Below are positions 46,343-56,276 of a stretch of DNA of 64,000 nt, piece by piece. Made by a program: the position numbers and the translations under genes. The stretch is from Candidatus Anderseniibacteriota bacterium (lineage in GTDB: Bacteria > Patescibacteriota > Andersenbacteria > UBA10190), in assembly GCA_021414205.1 (NCBI GenBank), contig JAIOOW010000003.1, forward strand, positions 48 through 64,047, read 5' to 3'. Position 1 is the stretch's first letter; every line of letters starts with the position of its first letter. Below the pieces are notes generated by a model that was not told the origin of the DNA, did not search any database, and saw only the letters and a list, made by a program, of their open reading frames with translations.

Positions 46343-47443
46343 CTACGCCTGAATAGGCATCACAACATACGTATACACACTCCCCTTATCCTGCTGCCGA
46401 AATACGAGGGGGTCATATTGCCCGGAGAAAAACAACACACATTCACTACTCGTTATATGGGAGATGCCATCAATAATATACTGAATATTAACAAGAACAG
46501 ACATGTCCTCACCCTCGCCAGAAATCGGTAATCTAACTTCACCCTCGCCAAGCTCACCACCAGCAACTTTAGTAACAAGCTCCTGTTCACCAAACTTAAT
46601 AACAACAGACACCCGCCGCGACTCCTTTGGCAGGAAAACAGATACCGTTTTTAATGCTCGAGATAACTCACTCCTCCCCACACGAACCTCGCTCGTGTGC
46701 GTAGTTGGAATAATATCCTCATACCGAGGATACTCCCCATCAACAATTCGAGAAGTTAACTCAACACCATCAGCACTAAATGAAATATAATTATCATGAA
46801 TCGCCACCCGAACTTGCGACTGCCCCGTAAATAACCGAGTAACCTCCTGCGCAGAAGAAAGCGGTAAAATCGCAGAAACATCCCCTTGAAAATCACTCTC
46901 AACTACATATTCAGCCAAGCGAAAAGAGTCCGTTGCGGCAATCCGTAACTTTTTCTCTCTCCACACCAGAAATACGCTGCGAATCTCAGGGCGAGTCTCC
47001 TCACGAGCAGCAGAAAATAGTACGCGACTAAGCCCTCCACATAAATCATCACCAGATAACGTAACAAGCTGATCCCCACCAGCTTCTGGGAGTAGTGGGT
47101 ATTCTTCCGGATCAGATGAAGAAAATTGTGCGCGAAAACCTTTTGTAGAAATGTGCACAAGCTCACCTTTGCGTTCAAGAGTAATTGGGTTTCCAGAAGG
47201 AAGCTGTTGCACATACTCAAAAAAACGCTTCGCAGGAAGCACGCAGCTACCCTCAGCGTCCATTTTCCCACCAATAATGGTCCGTACTCCAACTTCCAGA
47301 TCCGTCGTTGTTAGGATGAGTGTATTTTGCTCTACGCGAAGAAGTATGTGTTGCAAGATTGGTAGTTGAGAATTCTTCCCAGCAATAGGCGCTGTGTTAG
47401 ATACGCCTCGTAATAAGTTTTCCTGCGTGCACGTGAACTTCAT
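46343..47443 (-). CDS. dnaN: DNA polymerase III beta sliding clamp.
   Basis: 366 aa with the three-domain clamp pattern (MKFTCTQENLLRGV...). The dnaA-dnaN-recF synteny supports the call. Confidence 0.9.
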   Translation of the reverse strand: MKFTCTQENLLRGVSNTAPIAGKNSQLPILQHILLRVEQNTLILTTTDLEVGVRTIIGGKMDAEGSCVLPAKRFFEYVQQLPSGNPITLERKGELVHISTKGFRAQFSSSDPEEYPLLPEAGGDQLVTLSGDDLCGGLSRVLFSAAREETRPEIRSVFLVWREKKLRIAATDSFRLAEYVVESDFQGDVSAILPLSSAQEVTRLFTGQSQVRVAIHDNYISFSADGVELTSRIVDGEYPRYEDIIPTTHTSEVRVGRSELSRALKTVSVFLPKESRRVSVVIKFGEQELVTKVAGGELGEGEVRLPISGEGEDMSVLVNIQYIIDGISHITSSECVLFFSGQYDPLVFRQQDKGSVYTYVVMPIQA

Positions 47444-47673
47444 AATTATATATAGTTAGTTATACGTTATTATAGTGAAGAGAAAATCTGTGGATAATCG
47501 AATTTTTATTCTTAGTGTAGAGATTTTTTTTGGGAAAACGTGTGGAAACCGTGATGGATTTCTGTGTATGGATCGGTGTGTATCTACGGGATGCTGTGTG
47601 CATAATCTAATAACTTTTTATTTATAGACAAGTTTTCCGCTCTTTATAGAGTGTTGTGCACACTCTTCCCACA
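47444..47673. promoter_or_regulatory. dnaA-dnaN intergenic region with DnaA boxes and an AT-rich tract (part of oriC).
   Basis: Perfect TGTGGATAA at 47489-47497. Near-consensus boxes TGTGGAAAC (47541-47549) and TGTGCATAA (approximately 47597-47605). An AT-rich run (taacttttttatttatagaca) follows. Confidence 0.5.
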
Positions 47674-49071
47674 TCATGCATAAATCCTTTCTCGCAAGAA
47701 GCTGATCTCTTGTGATAACTCCTCATCATTATCAATAAGTTTTTCTATTTTTTCGCATGCATGCATGGCAGTTGTGTGGTCTCGTCCGCTAAAATGTTCA
47801 CCAATAGATGGAAAGGACATATTGCTTTCTCTTCGAAGGATGTACATTGCAACCTGGCGTGGTCGCACGATTTCTTTTTTTCTGGACTTTCCGCACAATT
47901 CCTCATGGGAAATATTATAGTAAGAGCTTACTGCGGAAATAATTTCCTCCGCGTTTACTGTTTTGCGTTGAGGTTTTTCAATAAGATCTTTAAGTACTCG
48001 CTTAGCATATTCCAGGGTTATTTTTTCGTGATGGAGGTCAAAGTATGCTGCTACCTTATTAAGCGCTCCTTCCAATTCTCGTACGTTGCTTTGAATGTTT
48101 TTTGCTATATAGGAGAGCGCGTCGGAATCGATGTCTATATTTCTGAGGTCTCGTTTTTCTTCTAGGATTGCAAGGCGGGTTTCGTAGTCTGGCCGCTTTA
48201 CGTCAGCTATCATGCCGGCAGATAATCTTGATGATAGGCGCTCTTGGAGTGCTGGGATAGCTGATGGTGGGCGATCGCTGCTTAAAATAATTTGCTTGTT
48301 TTGATTATGGAGTGTGTTAAATGTATAGAAGAGCTCCTCTTGAGTTTTGTCTTTGCCCGCAAAAAACTGAACGTCGTCAATAATAAACATATCCACGTCT
48401 CGGTAGCGCTTTTTAAATTGCTGTATAGTCCCCTCTCGGAGAGATTCGACGAATTCATTCGCAAATTTTTCAGATGCTACATACATAACAGTGAATCCGG
48501 GATTTGCTGCGATAACTGCATTTCCTACTGCTTGTAGGAGGTGTGTTTTTCCCAAACCAACTCCGCCGTAAATAAAAAGAGGGTTATATGTTTCACCTGG
48601 ATGCTCGGCAACCGCTCTGCACGCTGCGTGCGCAATTTCGTTACTTGTACCAACTACGAATGTGTCGAATGTGTACTTTTTATTGAGAGGTATTGAGGAT
48701 GGTGATGGTTGCTTGGTTGGGTATTTTGCGATGTGATCGGATGATGACGGAGTATTTTCGTTTTTTGCGGTATTTTTTTGAGCCACAATGCGAATATTTT
48801 TCTTGGAAATGCGCCGATCGGTATTCTTGGATGCAATAGAGAATTTGATGTCAGATATAGAGTTGTCTATCCCCTGGATTACTTCAAGGATGAGTGGTTT
48901 GTATTTTTTAGATAACCATTCGTATGCAAAAGGGTTTTGAGTTTCGATAATCGCCACGTCGTTTGTACGCTCTTTGATATTTGTGTTTCGAAACCATGTA
49001 AGGAAGTTCCCCTTACTCACGCGGAGCTCCAGTTGATCAAGTGCTACCTTCCAAAGTTGAGTGTCTTTCAT
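47674..49071 (-). CDS. dnaA: Chromosomal replication initiator protein DnaA.
   Basis: AAA+ Walker A GGVGLGKTHLLQA, box VII and sensor motifs, and a C-terminal DNA-binding domain (...MYILRRESNMSFPSIGEHFSGRDHTTAMHACEKI). The start is at Met8 (MKDTQLWKVALDQL), which aligns to DnaA N-termini. The ORF is open to 49092. Confidence 0.93.
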   Translation of the reverse strand: MKDTQLWKVALDQLELRVSKGNFLTWFRNTNIKERTNDVAIIETQNPFAYEWLSKKYKPLILEVIQGIDNSISDIKFSIASKNTDRRISKKNIRIVAQKNTAKNENTPSSSDHIAKYPTKQPSPSSIPLNKKYTFDTFVVGTSNEIAHAACRAVAEHPGETYNPLFIYGGVGLGKTHLLQAVGNAVIAANPGFTVMYVASEKFANEFVESLREGTIQQFKKRYRDVDMFIIDDVQFFAGKDKTQEELFYTFNTLHNQNKQIILSSDRPPSAIPALQERLSSRLSAGMIADVKRPDYETRLAILEEKRDLRNIDIDSDALSYIAKNIQSNVRELEGALNKVAAYFDLHHEKITLEYAKRVLKDLIEKPQRKTVNAEEIISAVSSYYNISHEELCGKSRKKEIVRPRQVAMYILRRESNMSFPSIGEHFSGRDHTTAMHACEKIEKLIDNDEELSQEISFLRERIYA

Positions 49072-49217
49072 ATGCAAGCAGAATCGTATCATGGTTATCC
49101 ACAGCTGTGTACAGTCCGTAAGGTTGAAAATGTGGAAAAGGTGTTGATAATGTGTGTAAAAAATAGTTGATGGTCCTGACTATTGACTTTATAGCGCCTA
49201 TAAAGCATCATTGGGAA
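49072..49217. promoter_or_regulatory. dnaA upstream region / origin of replication candidate (DnaA boxes, divergent promoters of dnaA and rpmH).
   Basis: Perfect TTATCCACA at 49095-49103 and TGTGGAAAA (one mismatch) at 49131-49139. The region is AT-rich. Gene orientation and G/T skew switch here. Confidence 0.5.
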
Positions 49218-49358
49218 ATGCCAAAACGTACCTACCAACCAAGTAAGCGTCGCCGAGCTCGTCGGTTTGGTTTTCTGATTCGCAAGAAAAAGCACCAAGG
49301 AGTACTTGCTCGCCGAAGAAAACGAGGGCGCGCTCGCCTTGCTGTTAAGACTTCCTAA
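49218..49358 (+). CDS. rpmH: 50S ribosomal protein L34.
   Basis: MPKRTYQPSKRRRARRFGFLIRKKKHQGVLARRRKRGRARLAV is a near-identical match to the bL34 consensus. The start is at the internal ATG at 49218. Confidence 0.92.
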   Translation: MPKRTYQPSKRRRARRFGFLIRKKKHQGVLARRRKRGRARLAVKTS

Positions 49359-49360
49359 TT

Positions 49361-49699
49361 ATGTTGCAGCCCCAAAATAGGCTGCGGGACTCAGTTGAGA
49401 TTATGGAAACGCTCCGACAAGGAGCGCGTTTTCATGTATCGTTTTGCGATATCTACATAAAGCCTGCCCCAGGGGGTAAGGCCCGCTTAGCCTGCATTGT
49501 GGGAAAGCGCGTTCACGCATCAGCTGTTAAGCGACACCTGGCTCAAAGAAGGCTTCGGGCAGCCTCTGCACAACTTTTGCCCGCAATACAGGCCCCTTGC
49601 AATATCGTGATTGTGGGCACGGATAGTGTAATATTACATATGGACTTTAATAGTCTTGTACGAGAGCTATATTATGGAATTCTTCAAGGCGTTGAATAG
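49361..49699 (+). CDS. rnpA: Ribonuclease P protein component.
   Basis: 112-aa basic protein. LRDSVEIMETLRQGARFH, GKRVHASAVKRHLAQRRLRAA and the rpmH-rnpA synteny. Confidence 0.85.
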   Translation: MLQPQNRLRDSVEIMETLRQGARFHVSFCDIYIKPAPGGKARLACIVGKRVHASAVKRHLAQRRLRAASAQLLPAIQAPCNIVIVGTDSVILHMDFNSLVRELYYGILQGVE

Positions 49700-49919
49700 A
49701 GGTGTGAGTCGGCTAGTAATAGGTCTGATTGTATTATATCAGCACACTCTCTCGCCAGATCATGGACCATTTAAGTATGTGTACGGTGGGCCGGTATGTA
49801 AGTTTCATCCGACATGTTCCGAATACACTGCCCAAGCTATTCGCGAACATGGAATAAGGGGTCTGTGGGCGGGCTTTAAGAGAGTTTTATCATGTAATCC
49901 ATTTAGTAAGGTGCTATGA
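49674..49919 (+). CDS. yidD: Membrane protein insertion efficiency factor YidD.
   Basis: YQHTLSPDHGP...CKFHPTCSEYTAQAIREHGIRGLWAGFKRVLSCNPFS is the YidD signature. The ORF track start at 49656 is a TTG, and the ATG at 49674 is preferred. Confidence 0.85.
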   Translation: MEFFKALNRGVSRLVIGLIVLYQHTLSPDHGPFKYVYGGPVCKFHPTCSEYTAQAIREHGIRGLWAGFKRVLSCNPFSKVL

Positions 49920-50668
49920 ATATTATCTCCACAATTTATATAGAAGGACTGTTTCGGCCTCTGCTTAATTTATTGATTGGCATTACGAATATTACCCCTG
50001 GCCACGCAGTTGGTTGGGCCATTATTGTGGTCACAATTATTGTTCGCCTTATCTTGTTGCCATCCTTTTTACACCAGGCAAGGGCGATGCAAAAAAATCA
50101 GGAAAAAATGAAGTCGATACAATCTCAACTCGACGAAGCGAAGATAAAGCATAAGGACGATAAGGCGAAGCATGCGGAGGAGACAATGCGTATTTATAAG
50201 GAAGCAGGAGTTAATCCTGCTTCGGGGTGTTTGCCACTCATTATTCAGCTCCCTATCTTGCTTGCCCTCTATAGAGTATTTTTTTCAGGGTTAACCCCAA
50301 GCACATACCATTATTTATATTCATTCGTAGCTCACCCGGCGGTGCTTAGTTTCGCATTTTTGGGGATTAATTTGAATAGCCCGAGCCTTTTGCTTGGCGT
50401 AATTGCTGGCGCGCTTCAATTTATTCAGATGAAATTCTTAGCTCCACAGCAACAGGCGCAACCTGGAGCAAATGAGGAAACTGCCGCAATGATGGCATCC
50501 ATGCAAAAAAACATGATGTATATTTTCCCGGCGATGACTATTTTTATAGCACTTCGCCTCCCTGCTGCACTTGCGCTGTATTGGGCGGTTTCAACGTTGT
50601 TCGGAATTGTTCAGCAGGTTATTGTTCGCAGAACGTTGCACTTAACGACCAATCCGCCGAACATTTGA
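49916..50668 (+). CDS. yidC: Membrane protein insertase YidC (short Gram-positive/Oxa1-like form).
   Basis: 250 aa with five TM helices and conserved GCLPLIIQLPILLALY plus a C-terminal Y..S....Q. Preceded by an AGGTG Shine-Dalgarno. ATGA overlap with yidD. Confidence 0.85.
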   Translation: MNIISTIYIEGLFRPLLNLLIGITNITPGHAVGWAIIVVTIIVRLILLPSFLHQARAMQKNQEKMKSIQSQLDEAKIKHKDDKAKHAEETMRIYKEAGVNPASGCLPLIIQLPILLALYRVFFSGLTPSTYHYLYSFVAHPAVLSFAFLGINLNSPSLLLGVIAGALQFIQMKFLAPQQQAQPGANEETAAMMASMQKNMMYIFPAMTIFIALRLPAALALYWAVSTLFGIVQQVIVRRTLHLTTNPPNI

Positions 50669-50700
50669 TATTTTTAAGGTTTTTGCATACTGTGCAACAT

Positions 50701-51174
50701 ATGCAACCGGATGATTCAGCGGGTATCTTGATAGCGGAACATGTCCGCAGGGTGTTGGAAGTAATGGGGATAGAAGGTGCACAAGTGTCTTGCAGTTTTC
50801 CGGAAGCGGATACGCTTTTGATATCAATTGCGACTGAAGGGTTGGGAAGTATGCTTATAGGAGCGCAAGGTGCTCATCTCTATGCGTTTCAACATGTTGT
50901 GCGCTGTATGCTGAAAAAGAGTATGCAGTCAGATATGCGAATTCTTGTTGATGTAAATGGGTATCGTGCTCGTCGAGAAAAAGGTCTTGCTGGTTTGGCG
51001 GAAGAAACGGCCCGTAAGGCGCAGAAAACAGGTCTTGCGGTCGAGCTTGCACCTATGAATGCCGTTGATCGTCGCGCAGTTCATACTGCGCTTGCAGGCT
51101 ACAAGGATGTGCGGACTGAAAGCTTGGGCGAGGGCGTAACGCGCAGAGTGGTTGTACGTCCAATATTCTTATAA
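50701..51174 (+). CDS. jag: Jag/KhpB-like RNA-binding protein (KH plus R3H domains).
   Basis: A C-terminal R3H-like segment (GYRARREKGLAGLAEETARKAQKTGLAVELAPMNAVDRRAVHTAL...) and the position after yidC. The start is taken at the ATG at 50701. Confidence 0.7.
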   Translation: MQPDDSAGILIAEHVRRVLEVMGIEGAQVSCSFPEADTLLISIATEGLGSMLIGAQGAHLYAFQHVVRCMLKKSMQSDMRILVDVNGYRARREKGLAGLAEETARKAQKTGLAVELAPMNAVDRRAVHTALAGYKDVRTESLGEGVTRRVVVRPIFL

Positions 51175-52608
51175 ATGGCGCAGTCAGTATTGCTGAATAG
51201 CTCAGTAGCGCTTGTTGGCAGGCTTATTACGTTGGTATTGGGTCTTGGGGCGACTGCCCTTATGACTCGCTTGTTGGGTGCTCAGGAATTCGGCCAATAT
51301 TCTTTTATTGCAACGATTGGAACATTTTTGCAATTAGTTGCCGATTTCGGACTGTACCTGACGGCGAGTCGAGAGCTTGGGCACGGGTCGGAGCATACAG
51401 ATATTCGCTTCGGGCATATTATGTCATTGAGAAGTATTTTTTTAGCCGGTGTGTATGTGTTGGGCGCGATTGCATTGCTGCTTATTCCTTCGGCACGATC
51501 GTATCTTCCTCTTTTTATGGTATTTGCTGTTGGATTTTCCGCTCAATCGGTAAGTCAGTTGTTGTTGAGCGTTTTTCAGGCGAGTGGTGTTGTTTGGAGG
51601 GCAACTGTTAGCGATATTGTGGGCAGATGCGCCCAAATAAGCACCTTAATTCTGCTGTTTATGCGAGCTGAGCACGTTCCTGCACATGCAGTTAGTGTTG
51701 CTGGAGCATTCTCACTTGGTCTTATTGTTTCGTGCGGTGCCTATGTTGTCTTGGCCCCAAATAAAAGAATTATTATTCCGGTGGTATCCCCCATTATATG
51801 GAAGAAGATTATTAAAATTTCTTTGCCGGTAGGAGCACTTTTAGTGCTCAATGTAATTTACTTTAGGATCGACACGGTTATGCTGGCCATGTTTCGTGCT
51901 TCCCAAGAGGTTGGTTGGTATGCATTGGCGTATCGTGTGGTAGAAAATACGCTGTTCTTTCCCGCAATGCTGGGGGGGCTCGTATTGCCCCATATCAGTT
52001 CTGCAATACATAAGAAAAATCACGATCTCTCAAGAGGCTTTGTAGAGCAGGCGCTCTTTTTATCTATTTCGCTGGCGTTGCCAGTGGTCGGCATTCTTGC
52101 TCTGTATGCAAATAGTCTTGTTGTTCTTGTTTCGGGCTATGCATTTGCCCCTGCCGGCCCCATTCTCGAGGTGCTTGCTTGGGCTGCCGGGATTATGTTT
52201 GTTGGAAATATATTAGGGTTTGTATTAATTGCGCTGCAACGCCAAAAAGATCTTTTATTCCTCTATGCCGGATTGGCTGTTGGTAATATTATTGCTAACC
52301 TCGTCTTTATCCCCCATTTTGGGGCGCTTGGAGCAGCTTGGATTACGGTTATAACTGAAGGAGTGGCTACTAGTGTCGCATCGTATTTGGTGTATGAGCG
52401 CATTAGATGGAGTATTGCGTCGGCGCAACTGCTAAAGATTGGCGTAATTTGTGGCGTTGCGCTCGTTGTTAGCTATGTATTGCCGGCATCGGTGCCCGTC
52501 ATTGGTAAAATTGTGTGTGTTTGTGCGGTGTATGCAATCCTCGGATACACTAATGGGGTATGGAGTCAGTCAACAACCAATCTTCTCCGCTCCGCAAAGG
52601 GAGTATAA
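51175..52608 (+). CDS. Polysaccharide/oligosaccharide flippase (Wzx-like, MOP superfamily).
   Basis: 477 aa with approximately 12-14 TM helices and an N-terminal LLNSSVALVGRLITLVLGL typical of Wzx/MATE-like flippases. Confidence 0.7.
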   Translation: MAQSVLLNSSVALVGRLITLVLGLGATALMTRLLGAQEFGQYSFIATIGTFLQLVADFGLYLTASRELGHGSEHTDIRFGHIMSLRSIFLAGVYVLGAIALLLIPSARSYLPLFMVFAVGFSAQSVSQLLLSVFQASGVVWRATVSDIVGRCAQISTLILLFMRAEHVPAHAVSVAGAFSLGLIVSCGAYVVLAPNKRIIIPVVSPIIWKKIIKISLPVGALLVLNVIYFRIDTVMLAMFRASQEVGWYALAYRVVENTLFFPAMLGGLVLPHISSAIHKKNHDLSRGFVEQALFLSISLALPVVGILALYANSLVVLVSGYAFAPAGPILEVLAWAAGIMFVGNILGFVLIALQRQKDLLFLYAGLAVGNIIANLVFIPHFGALGAAWITVITEGVATSVASYLVYERIRWSIASAQLLKIGVICGVALVVSYVLPASVPVIGKIVCVCAVYAILGYTNGVWSQSTTNLLRSAKGV

Positions 52609-53513
52609 AAACATGCGATATTATCCTGCCTACGTATAAGAGACCATATGCGTTGCAGGAAGCGTTGCGGGCGTTACAGGGCCAGCGAATTCCGAGTTCT
52701 TGGCAGGTTCGCATTGTTGTGTGTGATGATGGTTCCTCGAGCGCCACTCAAGGGGTGGTGGATGCGTTTTTCTGGACTGGTCAATGGATGCCACCACTAA
52801 TTCTTCCGCTCGCGCACCTTGGGCGCTCTGGAGCGCGTAATGCGGGGATTAAGTGCTCCCAAGCAGATATTATATTGTTATTAGCTGATGATATCCTGTT
52901 GCGATCTCACGCGTTGGCGCTTCATTTAGAATTTCATGACCAACATCAAGGCGCTCAAGATGTTGCCTTAGGATATGTATTATGGGATCCTCGAATTCGC
53001 CCTACGCCATTTATGGAGTGGATGACCCATGGAGGTCAGCAAAATAACTATGATGCATTACTGGGCGCAAAAACGTGCGATCCGGACAGTTTTTTCTATG
53101 GGTCTCACCTATCGATAAAAAGACCCCTCATACAAGAAAACCTATTTTCCGAGAAGTTTACTGCATACGGCTGGGAAGATTTGGAGCTGGGCAGCCGCTT
53201 AAAAGAGAGGGGTGCGCAACTGCACGTCCTTCACAATGCTATTGGGTTGCACCAGCATTTTTATTCTGCGAAGGAGCTCTTATGGCGACAGCAGATTATT
53301 GGGGCTCAAAAATATCGAGTGAACACAAATTCGATTCGAAAGCTAAAACACAGCCTATACTGGTATTCCGGTGCTCGTCTCTGCTCTGTATATATAATGA
53401 AAAAAATGGGCAACAAAGTAAATATTCCAAGAATATTCCAGATTATAATTGCGGGAGAATTCTGGTATGGGGTGTTTCACTCCCCTGGGCTGTTGAAAAG
53501 AAAAACTTTATGA
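52560..53513 (+). CDS. Glycosyltransferase family 2.
   Basis: IILPTYKRPYAL (N-terminal GT-A), VVCDDGSSS and a DxD-like LADD are present. Confidence 0.65.
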   Translation: MESVNNQSSPLRKGSIKTCDIILPTYKRPYALQEALRALQGQRIPSSWQVRIVVCDDGSSSATQGVVDAFFWTGQWMPPLILPLAHLGRSGARNAGIKCSQADIILLLADDILLRSHALALHLEFHDQHQGAQDVALGYVLWDPRIRPTPFMEWMTHGGQQNNYDALLGAKTCDPDSFFYGSHLSIKRPLIQENLFSEKFTAYGWEDLELGSRLKERGAQLHVLHNAIGLHQHFYSAKELLWRQQIIGAQKYRVNTNSIRKLKHSLYWYSGARLCSVYIMKKMGNKVNIPRIFQIIIAGEFWYGVFHSPGLLKRKTL

Positions 53514-54337
53514 AAGGCTCTATAAAGAGAAAAATAACACGAATACCCAACATGTTCACGAAAAGTAGTGGATTATCCACAGACTTATCCACAATAATTC
53601 CACAAAGAAGATCAATAATCGTGATTATTGTCCATTTTGGAAACAAAAAAGATACTAATTCCCTCGTGGATTCGCTGAAGAATAATGCTCGCGTGCCAGA
53701 CGATATTATTGTTATTGATAATGACGTCGACAATAGAGGGTATCTTGGCGGGCTAAAAGCGGGGGTATTTCAGAGCAGGCAATCCGGATATAGGTCAAAC
53801 GACCTCCTCGTACTTTTAAATAACGACCTTCGAGTAGGGGTAGGCTTTATTTCTGAGATTGAAAGATGGTGGGATGAGCAAGGATCTCCTCGCACGCTTG
53901 CCGGCCCTACGGCCGGACAGCTTTCGGTTGTAACTGGGCGTGCCCATGTTAGGTCTTTGCAGAAAAGGGTGTTGCCTAAAGGGTATGTGCACGGTTCGTG
54001 TTTGATTGTGGAGCGCGCTTTCTTTGAGCAGCTTTCTGATATGGAGGATTTCTTTATGTATTGGGAGGATGTTGCGATGAGTTTGCGAGCATTGGCGCTT
54101 GGGGGCAATCTGAAAATTATTCCAAACCTTCCCGTGTATCATGACGATGTTCTAGCGTCGATGTCTGGCGATAAGTTGTATTATTTGGTGCGAAATGGCG
54201 CATACGTTCTCGAGAAGCTTAAGTTCCCTTGGGGCGCTTATTGGCGCATAGGTAATTCGTTGCGATACGCATATCATCGCCTTCTTGGGCACGATGTGAT
54301 CGTTCGTGCCTTACGTGATAGAAAAAGTATTCTATGA
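53510..54337 (+). CDS. Glycosyltransferase family 2.
   Basis: SIIVIIVHFGNKKDT, VIDNDVDN and the GT2 fold pattern. The start at the ATG at 53510 overlaps the upstream stop (ATGA). The ORF's long 5' extension is rejected. Confidence 0.62.
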   Translation: MKGSIKRKITRIPNMFTKSSGLSTDLSTIIPQRRSIIVIIVHFGNKKDTNSLVDSLKNNARVPDDIIVIDNDVDNRGYLGGLKAGVFQSRQSGYRSNDLLVLLNNDLRVGVGFISEIERWWDEQGSPRTLAGPTAGQLSVVTGRAHVRSLQKRVLPKGYVHGSCLIVERAFFEQLSDMEDFFMYWEDVAMSLRALALGGNLKIIPNLPVYHDDVLASMSGDKLYYLVRNGAYVLEKLKFPWGAYWRIGNSLRYAYHRLLGHDVIVRALRDRKSIL

Positions 54338-55104
54338 CAATAGGAGCTGTAATTGTTACATATAATAGTAAGAATACTGTGCGTGCCTGCATTGATAGCG
54401 TGCTCTCTGAGGGGGTATCTGACATTGTCATTGTTGATAGCAATTCAACGGATGGTACTCAATTGGTTATATCGAATCTGGAGGGCCGGGTTGTTGAGCT
54501 TTCCGAGAATAGAGGATTTGGGTTTGCCGCAAATACTGGTGCATATTTATTGAACACTGATTGTGTTCTATTTATAAATCCGGACGCTTATCTAAAACCG
54601 GGAGCCCTATCTTCGATGATGCAAGTAATGCATAGCCGTAAAAAAATCGGCGCTGTTGGTGGAATGCTTGTAGATACGCAGGGCGCCCCAGAGCCATATT
54701 CATTTGGAGAAACCGTAACCCCATTTGGGATCCTTGCGAGGGCGCGGAGGAGGCAAAAGAGTGTTTCTGAGCCGGTTTCAGTGGGGTGGGTTTCGGGTGG
54801 CGCCATTCTGGTAAATCGCAGGGTATTTCAGGGTATTGGCGGATTCGATGATAGTTTTTTTCTGTATTGGGAGGATGTTGATCTATGCAGGAGGATTAAA
54901 GAGTGTGGATTTGACGTCTATATTGACCCAAATGCGACTGTTGTTCATGTTCGCGGAGCGAGCAGTACAGATATTCGAGAAAAAACAGAACTATACGACG
55001 CGTCTGCAACCAGGTACTTTCAAAAGTACTACCCCCCTTTTATATGGAGCACTTATCTTATCGCACGAAAAATATACCGACTCGTGCGCCCATTGGCATA
55101 TTAA
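54334..55104 (+). CDS. Glycosyltransferase family 2.
   Basis: GAVIVTYNSKNTVRACIDSVL, IVIVDSNSTDGT, a DxD and a C-terminal FFLYWEDVDLC are typical of GT2 (rhamnosyltransferase-like). ATGA overlap with the upstream gene. Confidence 0.75.
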   Translation: MTIGAVIVTYNSKNTVRACIDSVLSEGVSDIVIVDSNSTDGTQLVISNLEGRVVELSENRGFGFAANTGAYLLNTDCVLFINPDAYLKPGALSSMMQVMHSRKKIGAVGGMLVDTQGAPEPYSFGETVTPFGILARARRRQKSVSEPVSVGWVSGGAILVNRRVFQGIGGFDDSFFLYWEDVDLCRRIKECGFDVYIDPNATVVHVRGASSTDIREKTELYDASATRYFQKYYPPFIWSTYLIARKIYRLVRPLAY

Positions 55105-56276
55105 TTAGTATTTGTGGAGCGGTTATCGTGGGGCAGATAGGGCGCATCCCCTTAAATAACCAGGGTGGCGGCCTCCTCATAAGTGACATTGTTCTTGTCG
55201 CGAGCCTGGCATGCGGGGTAATTACGATGTTGCTTGGCATAATTCCGCTGCAGGGAGCTCTTAAGGCACCAAGGGTATATGTATATACATCATTGCCATT
55301 TTTTCTATGGGTGTTTGCTGTGCTTGTGTATCGCGAGTACATGCTCGGTGTGCACTCATTTTTGATTGCCTTGTTGTATGCACTTAGGCTGCTTGCGATA
55401 TCCCTCTTATTCCCCCTGCTCACCTGTCTCGTGAGCGCAAGAGTAGCTCAAAAGGCGTTTTTATGGATGTATTACATGCTTATTGCTCTTGGGTATGCCC
55501 AGCTCGTCGTATTCCCATCTCTCGTTGGCAACATAAATGGGTGGGATCCTCATATTCATCGTATGGTGGCAACGTGGTTTGATCCGAATTTTTTTGGAGC
55601 GTTTATTGCAATGGGTATCTTGCCAGCATTGTATTGGTCTCGAGGAAATATAGCCGTGCTCGTCGCATCAATGAGCGCATTGGCCCTCACAGGCTCTCGA
55701 AGCTCTTGGATTGCCGTTATGATAGCTTGTATCGTGGTTTTGTTCGTGTATCTGCTGCGCGGATCGCTCGCACCGCATTGGAAGAAGGGCGTGTGCATTG
55801 CATTATTGGCTGGTGGAATAGTATGTATTGCTGTTGCCGGTATATTTTCCGATCGCATCTCTCATTTTTTCGTGCATGACCCTACCGTAGCATTGCGGTC
55901 AGCCGCATATACGGAAACATGGCATCGCCTGGTTGAACCGAATATGCTTTTTGGGGTCGGATACAATGCGTATCAATTTAGTGCAAAGTCCGCAGGCCTG
56001 ATACGAGATTTTTCCATCCACTCAAGGGCCGGATCCGATAATAGCGGGATAACGCTCCTCGTGACTACGGGAATAATCGGCACTATGCTCTTTTTTCTGC
56101 CGTTTATTGTTGGGGTATATTGGCATGGAAAGCAGTGGTTGTTGCACAAAAGGGGCCAATCGTTACTTTTTCTCTGGTCGCTGGTTGTTATTATTGTGCA
56201 TGCACAGTTTGAAAATAGCTTACTATATCCACACCTGTTGATGGCGTTTATTATTATTGCCGTGGCTACGCTATGA
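55044..56276 (+). CDS. O-antigen ligase/polymerase-family (Wzy/WaaL-like) polytopic membrane protein.
   Basis: At least 10 TM helices and a LTGSRSSWIA motif in a periplasmic-loop-like segment, typical of the O-antigen ligase domain. Confidence 0.58.
   Translation: MEHLSYRTKNIPTRAPIGILISICGAVIVGQIGRIPLNNQGGGLLISDIVLVASLACGVITMLLGIIPLQGALKAPRVYVYTSLPFFLWVFAVLVYREYMLGVHSFLIALLYALRLLAISLLFPLLTCLVSARVAQKAFLWMYYMLIALGYAQLVVFPSLVGNINGWDPHIHRMVATWFDPNFFGAFIAMGILPALYWSRGNIAVLVASMSALALTGSRSSWIAVMIACIVVLFVYLLRGSLAPHWKKGVCIALLAGGIVCIAVAGIFSDRISHFFVHDPTVALRSAAYTETWHRLVEPNMLFGVGYNAYQFSAKSAGLIRDFSIHSRAGSDNSGITLLVTTGIIGTMLFFLPFIVGVYWHGKQWLLHKRGQSLLFLWSLVVIIVHAQFENSLLYPHLLMAFIIIAVATL

Noticed and set aside
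53075-53509. N-terminal 145-codon extension of the second GT2 ORF (track ORF 53075..54337).
   Set aside because: The extension lies out of frame inside the upstream GT2 gene. The internal ATG at 53510 forms a classic ATGA stop/start overlap and yields a normal-length GT2.
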